This document shows positions 58,461-64,000 of a stretch of 64,000 nt of DNA, in pieces. This stretch comes from Gammaproteobacteria bacterium (GTDB taxonomy: Bacteria > Pseudomonadota > Gammaproteobacteria > G965277405): positions 1,824,001 to 1,888,000 of the forward strand of contig OZ255726.1 of NCBI GenBank assembly GCA_965277405.1, read 5' to 3'. A program made the translations under genes and the position numbers. Below the pieces are notes generated by a model that had not been told where the DNA came from, made no database searches, and saw only the letters and a list, made by a program, of their open reading frames with translations. The first letter of the stretch is position 1; each line of letters begins with the position of its first letter.

Positions 58461-61346
58461 ATGAAATATTTACTGCCGAAGCCTATGAAATATTTACTGC
58501 CAATACTAATGAGTGCCGCCCTCTTGGCGTTGTTAACCGCGGGTTGTGCTGCCGATTTGCAGCAAGGTTTAACTGCCTATAACAATAGCGACTACCCAAC
58601 TGCTATTCGCGAATTACAACCGCTTGCTGAACAGGGCAATGCCGACGCCCAGTACAAGCTGGGTCTGATGTATTATAACGGAAAAGGTGTGCCGCAAGAC
58701 TATAAGGCGGCGCTGCAGTGGTATAAACTTGCCGCAGCACAGGGAGATGCCAGTTCCCAGTACAAGCTGGGTCTAATGTATGACAACGGAAAAGGTGTAG
58801 CTCAGGACTATAAGGAGGCGCTGCAGTGGTATAAACTTGCCGCAGCACAAGGACATGCCGATGCCCAGTACAATCTGGGTCTAATGTATGACAACGGAAA
58901 AGGTGTAGCTCAGGACTATAAGGAGGCGCTGCAGTGGTATGAACTTGCCGCAGCACAGGGAAAAGCCAGTGCCCAGGACAGTCTGGGTCTGATGTATTAT
59001 AACGGAAAAGGTGTGCCGCAAGACTATAAGGCGGCGCTGCAGTGGTACAAACTTGCCGCAGCACAGGGAGATGCTGTTGCCCAGTACAATCTGGGTATAA
59101 TGTATGGTAATGGAAAAGGTGTAGCGCAAGACTATAAGGCGGCGCTGCAGTGGTATAAACTTGCCGCAGCACAGGGAGATGCTGACGCCCAAAACAATCT
59201 GGGAGTGATGTATGCTAACGGAACAGGTGTAGCGCAAGACTATAAGGCGGCGCTGCAGTGGTATAAACTTGCCGCAGCACAGGGAGATGCCGTAGCCCAG
59301 AACAATCTGGGTAATAAGTATAAGAATGGAAAAGGTGTAACGCAAGACTATAATGCGGCGCTGCAGTGGTATAAACTTGCCGCAGCACAAGGTCATGCTG
59401 ACGCCCAGTTTAAGCTGGGTTTAATGTATTATAACGGAAAAGGTGTAGCGCAAGACTATAAGGCGGCACTGCAGTGGTGGAAACTTGCCGCGGCACAGGG
59501 AGATGCTGTTGCCCAGTACAATCTGGGTATAATGTATGGTAATGGAAAAGGTGTAGCGCAAGACTATAAGGCGGCGCTGCAGTGGTGGGAACTTGCCGCA
59601 GCACAGGGATATGCCAGTGCCCAGGACAGTCTGGGTAGGATGTATAATTACGGAAAAGGTGTAGCGCAAGACTATAAGGCGGCGTTGCAGTGGTATAAAC
59701 TTGCCGCAGCACAGGGATATGCCAGTGCCCAGTACAAGCTGGGTCTAATGTATGACAACGGAAAAGGTGTAGCGCAAGACGATAAGGAGGCGCTGCAGTG
59801 GTATAAACTTGCCGCAGCACAAGGACATGCCACAGCCCAGTTCAATTTGGGTGTGATGTATAACCACGGACATGGTGTAGCGCAAGACTCTAAGGCGGCG
59901 GTGCAGTGGTGGAAACTTGCCGCAGCCCAGGGAGAAGCCGACGCCCAGTTCAATCTGGGTGTAATGTATGCTAACGGAAAAGTTGTAGCGCAAGACTATC
60001 AGGAGGCGCTGCAGTGGTATAAACTTGCCGCAGCACAGGGACATGCCAAGGCCCAGTACAATCTGGGTTGGATGTATGGAAATGGAAAAGGTGTAGCTCA
60101 AGACTCTAAGGCGGCGGTGCAGTGGTGGAAACTTGCCGCAGCACAAGGATATGCCAGTGCCCAGAACAGTCTGGGTAGGATGTATAAGTACGGAAAAGGT
60201 GTAGCGCAAGACTATCAGGCGGCGCTGCGCTGGTATAAACTTGCCGCAGCACAGGGATATGCCGCAGCACAGGACAATCTGGGAGTGATGTATAAGCATG
60301 GATACGGTGTGGCGCAAGACTCTAAGGCGGCGCTGCAGTGGTGGAAACTTGCCGCAGCACAGGGACATGCTGGCGCCAAGTTCCATTTGCGTTGGTATAA
60401 GAACGGAAAAGGTGTGCCGCAAGACTCCAAGGCGGCGCTGCAGAGGCATAAACTTGCCGCTGCACAGGGAGAAGCCGCAGCCCAGTTGAATTTGGGTTTA
60501 ATGTATAAGAACGGAAAAGGTGTAGCGCAAGACTATAAGGCGGCGCTGCAGTGGTTTAAACTTGCCGCAGCACAGGGAGTTGCCAGTGCCAAGTACAATC
60601 TGGGTATAATGTATGCTAACGGAAAAGGTGTAGCGCAAGACAATAAGGAGGCGCTGCAGTGGTATAAACTTGCCGCAGCACAGGGAGATGCCATGTACCA
60701 GTTCCATCTGGGTTTCATGTATGATAACGGAAAAGGTGTGCCGCAAGACTATAAGGCGGCGCTGCAGTGGTATAAACTTGCCGCAGCACAGGGACACGCC
60801 ACAGCCCAGTTCAATCTGGGTGTAACGTATGATAACGGAAGAAAAGGTGTACCACAAGACTATAAGGCGGCGCTGCAGTGGTACAAACTTGTCGCAGCAC
60901 AGGGACATGCCGTAGCCCAGACCAATCTGGGAGTGATGTATACTAACGGAAAAGGTGTATTGCAAGACTATGAGGTGGCGCTGAAGTGGTATAAACTTGC
61001 CGCAGCACAGGGAGAAGCCAACGCCCAAGCCAATCTGGGAATCATGTATGGTAGCGGAGAAGGTGTAGCGCAAGACTATCAGGCGGCGCTGCAGTGGTGG
61101 ACACTTGCCGCAGCACAGAGACACGCCGGTGCCCAGTTCAATCTAGGTTGGATGTATGCTAACGGAACAGGTGTACTCCAAGATAATGTGTATGCCCATA
61201 TGTGGTACAATATTGCGGCGTATAATGGCAGTGCGCAAGGAGCAAAGTTGCGAGATCGGCGTGCTAAAGTAATGACCGCTGCCCAGATCGCTAGCGCACA
61301 GCAACTTGCCCGTGAATGTGTCAAGAAAAAGTATAAGGGGTGTTGA
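58461..61346 (+). CDS. SEL1-like repeat lipoprotein, 24 repeats (start may be 58485)
   Basis: Lipobox LTAG-C; 59-aa N-region + 24 repeats (864 aa) + 38-aa C-cap = 961 aa; 108-bp units nearly identical at DNA level. Confidence 0.95.
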   Translation: MKYLLPKPMKYLLPILMSAALLALLTAGCAADLQQGLTAYNNSDYPTAIRELQPLAEQGNADAQYKLGLMYYNGKGVPQDYKAALQWYKLAAAQGDASSQYKLGLMYDNGKGVAQDYKEALQWYKLAAAQGHADAQYNLGLMYDNGKGVAQDYKEALQWYELAAAQGKASAQDSLGLMYYNGKGVPQDYKAALQWYKLAAAQGDAVAQYNLGIMYGNGKGVAQDYKAALQWYKLAAAQGDADAQNNLGVMYANGTGVAQDYKAALQWYKLAAAQGDAVAQNNLGNKYKNGKGVTQDYNAALQWYKLAAAQGHADAQFKLGLMYYNGKGVAQDYKAALQWWKLAAAQGDAVAQYNLGIMYGNGKGVAQDYKAALQWWELAAAQGYASAQDSLGRMYNYGKGVAQDYKAALQWYKLAAAQGYASAQYKLGLMYDNGKGVAQDDKEALQWYKLAAAQGHATAQFNLGVMYNHGHGVAQDSKAAVQWWKLAAAQGEADAQFNLGVMYANGKVVAQDYQEALQWYKLAAAQGHAKAQYNLGWMYGNGKGVAQDSKAAVQWWKLAAAQGYASAQNSLGRMYKYGKGVAQDYQAALRWYKLAAAQGYAAAQDNLGVMYKHGYGVAQDSKAALQWWKLAAAQGHAGAKFHLRWYKNGKGVPQDSKAALQRHKLAAAQGEAAAQLNLGLMYKNGKGVAQDYKAALQWFKLAAAQGVASAKYNLGIMYANGKGVAQDNKEALQWYKLAAAQGDAMYQFHLGFMYDNGKGVPQDYKAALQWYKLAAAQGHATAQFNLGVTYDNGRKGVPQDYKAALQWYKLVAAQGHAVAQTNLGVMYTNGKGVLQDYEVALKWYKLAAAQGEANAQANLGIMYGSGEGVAQDYQAALQWWTLAAAQRHAGAQFNLGWMYANGTGVLQDNVYAHMWYNIAAYNGSAQGAKLRDRRAKVMTAAQIASAQQLARECVKKKYKGC

Positions 61347-61421
61347 ATAGCAGCGTTGTCAACTTGATGCTAGCTGTGCTGCCACCTTGCCAACATTGCT
61401 AGCCTAGGCTAATCAGCGGAC

Positions 61422-62045
61422 TTAATCAGACCTTCCCAAGGTAACTACGTTATTTACTGCCGCTGTATCTTGCGGGTCGTGGGTTACCAGCAGCGTGGTG
61501 ATCTGTTGTTGTTGGATAAAACGATAGCACCATTGGCGTAGGTCATGCCGCAGTGTTTGGTCAAGCGATGCAAACGGCTCGTCGAGCAGCAACACTTTAG
61601 GTCGCGTCACCAACGTCCGCGCGATGGCAACGCGTTGTTGTTCCCCGCCTGAAATATTGCAGACATGGCTAGTTGCCAAATGGGCGATTTGACAAGTTGC
61701 TAACATCGTCATTGCTCGCTGGCGCGCTTGTTTTTTGGGAAGTTTATACAAGCCAAAGGTAATATTGCTGAGCACATTAAGGTGGGGAAACAACGCATAC
61801 TGCTGGAAGACAAAACCAACATTACGCAGTTGTGGCGGGACGGTGTGGATAGGCGTGCCGTTTAATATTATTTCGCCGCTATCACCATTTTCCAGTCCGG
61901 CAATGACCCGCAATAAAGTCGATTTACCGCAGCCAGATGCACCCAGGACAGCGGTAATGCTCCCAGTGGCGCAGCGCAGCGAAAAGTCACTAAACAACGG
62001 CGGTTTGCCTGCAAAAGTTTTTGATAAACGCTGTATTTCAAGCAT
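61422..62045 (-). CDS. ABC transporter ATPase (ThiQ/FbpC-like)
   Basis: GASGCGKST, FQQYALFPHL, ISGGEQQRV, LLDEPF and VTHD motifs. Confidence 0.9.
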   Translation of the reverse strand: MLEIQRLSKTFAGKPPLFSDFSLRCATGSITAVLGASGCGKSTLLRVIAGLENGDSGEIILNGTPIHTVPPQLRNVGFVFQQYALFPHLNVLSNITFGLYKLPKKQARQRAMTMLATCQIAHLATSHVCNISGGEQQRVAIARTLVTRPKVLLLDEPFASLDQTLRHDLRQWCYRFIQQQQITTLLVTHDPQDTAAVNNVVTLGRSD

Positions 62046-63591
62046 ACCACACTACTGGTTGACGACCGCGCACCAACGCATACCAGGCAACTACTAGGCA
62101 GAGTAGCTCTATCGCAATCAGTTGGGCGTGAAAATGGTTGATAGCACCAGCACGGCTTATTTTCTGGTAGAGCAACGTTGTTAAAGCAAGCCATTTTGGG
62201 CGTGATAAAAACAGGGTAATGGCAAATTCACCAATAGCGGTTGCCCCGGCAATGGTCAGCCCTTGTCGCCATACTGGTAACATTAGCGGGATGATAATTC
62301 GCAGCCAAACCCGCAAGTTTGATGCCCCAAGCGTCTGAGCTGCCTCGATATAACTGACTGATATGCGCTCGAGTGCGCTAGTCAATTGCAGACCTAATAA
62401 TGGATATGCAATAAAAATATACGCGGCGAGCAACACAGTCATTGAGCCAGCAACGCCTGGGTATGCATGCAGAATCCCAACCCCGAGTAAAACTGGAGAT
62501 ATAAGCCATGGCAGGAGAAAGACGCCACGCATCCATCGCCAACGCAGCGTACAAATTGCATGCAGCCATGCCAAGACGCTGGCTCCTACTGCCGTAATAA
62601 GCGTAAACGTCAGCGTATTTATCCAAGCAGCACGATGCTGAGCAGAGCTGAATAATTGCCAACTGCTGGACCATGACCAGTCGATAATCGGTGACAACAA
62701 CGCCAGCAGTATTGGGGTAATACACACGCAACAAAACACGCTGATGATTACGCTAATACCACTGCGTTGCTGCCATGTTGTCAGCGGTTTTGTTGCCAGC
62801 GGCTGCGGTGTGTGTTGGTGGCGTATATGGCTATGCAGCCATGCATATATTGCGATCAATATGCCGCCTAGCGTCAACAGGGTCAGCGCCAACACTGTTG
62901 CTGCGCTAATTTTGAGTTGGTGGGCGAGCAAAGAATAAATCTCAACTTCAATGGTCGCATGGCGAAACCCAGACAGCATTATTGCCAAGCTAAAATTGCT
63001 GCTGCAGAAGGCGACGACCAATACTAAGCAGGTGGATAATTGCGCAGCTATTAACCGCAGTTCGAGGATAAAAAAACGTCGGGTATTGCTAAAACCAAGT
63101 AATGTCGCTGCTGCAAGCAGCGGTTTTGGCAGTGAAGAAAATGCTTTTTGGCAGGTAATTGCGACAAACCCTGCGTTAAAAAACACATTGCCAAATATCA
63201 ACAGCAATGGATGTTGTTCATGCCATATCAACAAGATACCTTGTGCCGCGACTAATGTTGGCATGACAAAGGGAAGCAACAAGCTGCGTTCGATTATTTG
63301 CTGCCCAAAGAAATGAAAACGTGCCAACACCCAGCCGAGGGCCACACCAATCAACCCAGCGGCGGCGGCACTTGCCAACGCCTGTCCGATGGTCCATGCC
63401 AGCACCCGCTGATAATAACGCTCTTGTAACATAGCCCAAGGGAGTGATTCCGCGTGGCTGAGCAATCCAGCCAACGGAATCACCACAATGAAGGTAACCA
63501 TAGTTGCCACTGCAACCAAGCTGAGGACTGCCAATCGTGTAGCAACAAGCAGGTGGATTGTTATTCTCCACGAATCATAATAGCAATCCAT
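62038..63591 (-). CDS. ABC transporter permease (ThiP/FbpB-like, two BPD_transp_1 domains)
   Basis: WTIGQA, LLPFVMPTLV, EAAQTLGAS and IGEFA motifs. Confidence 0.85.
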   Translation of the reverse strand: MDCYYDSWRITIHLLVATRLAVLSLVAVATMVTFIVVIPLAGLLSHAESLPWAMLQERYYQRVLAWTIGQALASAAAAGLIGVALGWVLARFHFFGQQIIERSLLLPFVMPTLVAAQGILLIWHEQHPLLLIFGNVFFNAGFVAITCQKAFSSLPKPLLAAATLLGFSNTRRFFILELRLIAAQLSTCLVLVVAFCSSNFSLAIMLSGFRHATIEVEIYSLLAHQLKISAATVLALTLLTLGGILIAIYAWLHSHIRHQHTPQPLATKPLTTWQQRSGISVIISVFCCVCITPILLALLSPIIDWSWSSSWQLFSSAQHRAAWINTLTFTLITAVGASVLAWLHAICTLRWRWMRGVFLLPWLISPVLLGVGILHAYPGVAGSMTVLLAAYIFIAYPLLGLQLTSALERISVSYIEAAQTLGASNLRVWLRIIIPLMLPVWRQGLTIAGATAIGEFAITLFLSRPKWLALTTLLYQKISRAGAINHFHAQLIAIELLCLVVAWYALVRGRQPVVWYA

Positions 63592-64000
63592 TCGCTAATC
63601 CAACGCGCAGAATTTTCGCGTATTGTAATACGAGTTGGAGTATTGGTTGATTGTGGTTGCCCAGCTTCGCGCAGCAGTGGCAGCACAGTTGCGTCTGCAT
63701 TGGCAGGAAGCATCCACATCGTTGTTTGCAACGCTGCTTGGGTGCGTACTGAGCGTATGAAGTTGATGAATTTTGCTGCATGGGTGGCGTCGCCGCCTGC
63801 GATAACACCTATGCCTTCAACTTGATGGAAGGCAATGTCATTTAAAAACAAATTTGCCGTTGGGGCTGTGGTTGGCTGGCTATCAACGTAATACATCTCG
63901 GCGGCAGGGCTTGACGCATAACTGACAACCAACGGTCGATCACCACCGTTACGCGAAAAACTTTGGTAGTATGCTGCGCTCCAGCCTTTGGTAATGGCAA
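63561..64000 (-). CDS. thiB: Thiamine ABC transporter substrate-binding protein, C-terminal part
   Basis: Frame continues to the window edge: KGWSAAYY.SFSRNGGDRPLVVSYASSPAAE..FHQVEG, typical of ThiB/TbpA. Confidence 0.75.
   Translation of the reverse strand, partial: AITKGWSAAYYQSFSRNGGDRPLVVSYASSPAAEMYYVDSQPTTAPTANLFLNDIAFHQVEGIGVIAGGDATHAAKFINFIRSVRTQAALQTTMWMLPANADATVLPLLREAGQPQSTNTPTRITIRENSARWISEWIAIMIRGE

Larger units (their letters stand above)
56505..61461 (+). repeat. Tandem duplication of the SEL1 locus (copy 1 about 56505-58090, copy 2 about 58100-61461)
   Basis: The ycaR 3' end, ~350-bp leader, gene caps, downstream ~70 bp and ABC-ATPase 3' end each occur twice in direct orientation. 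Confidence 0.88.

Noticed and set aside
58638-61232. Regular repeat-variable-repeat pattern resembling a CRISPR array
   Set aside because: The period is 108 bp, in frame and encodes SEL1 repeats; the variable parts are homologous to each other; no cas genes.
57187-61324. Long antisense ORFs with repeated LCCGKFIPLQRRLIV
   Set aside because: Shadow frames of the SEL1 repeats.

Overview
64-kb window of a bacterial chromosome, most likely gammaproteobacterial and possibly host-associated (inferred from the SEL1-repeat expansion, decayed IS elements and many MITEs). Housekeeping blocks: System II cytochrome c maturation, alkA, ilvIHC, hmuTUV, ubiH-pepN, puuB/puuA-like genes, SPFH-NfeD, msrBA, anmK-hscB-hscA-maf, mmsA, mutL-sulfatase-folK-pcnB, msbA-lpxK-ycaR and a thiamine-type ABC transporter. 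Accessory features: (1) a decayed IS5 and a family of ~220-300 bp MITEs with the same terminal repeats (GGAAGCTCTGATTAA), one of which splits a RelE-like toxin gene while remnants supply the stop codons of four genes; (2) a fused R-M gene plus a frameshifted specificity gene, preceded by a 9-bp tandem repeat; (3) an AT-rich toxin-antitoxin island bounded by 206-bp inverted repeats, with a TTGACA-N25-TATAAT promoter whose spacer is an 8-bp tandem repeat (one unit fewer gives 17 bp); (4) an UmuDAb-type umuD-umuC cassette with a matching operator; (5) a bufferin-type MNIO RiPP operon coupled to a two-component system with a glycan-binding-type sensor domain; (6) two tandemly duplicated SEL1-repeat lipoproteins (6 and 24 repeats) with an invariant scaffold and fixed hypervariable positions. 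No rRNA, tRNA or CRISPR array was recognised. All calls are from motif recognition by eye; no database searches were run.
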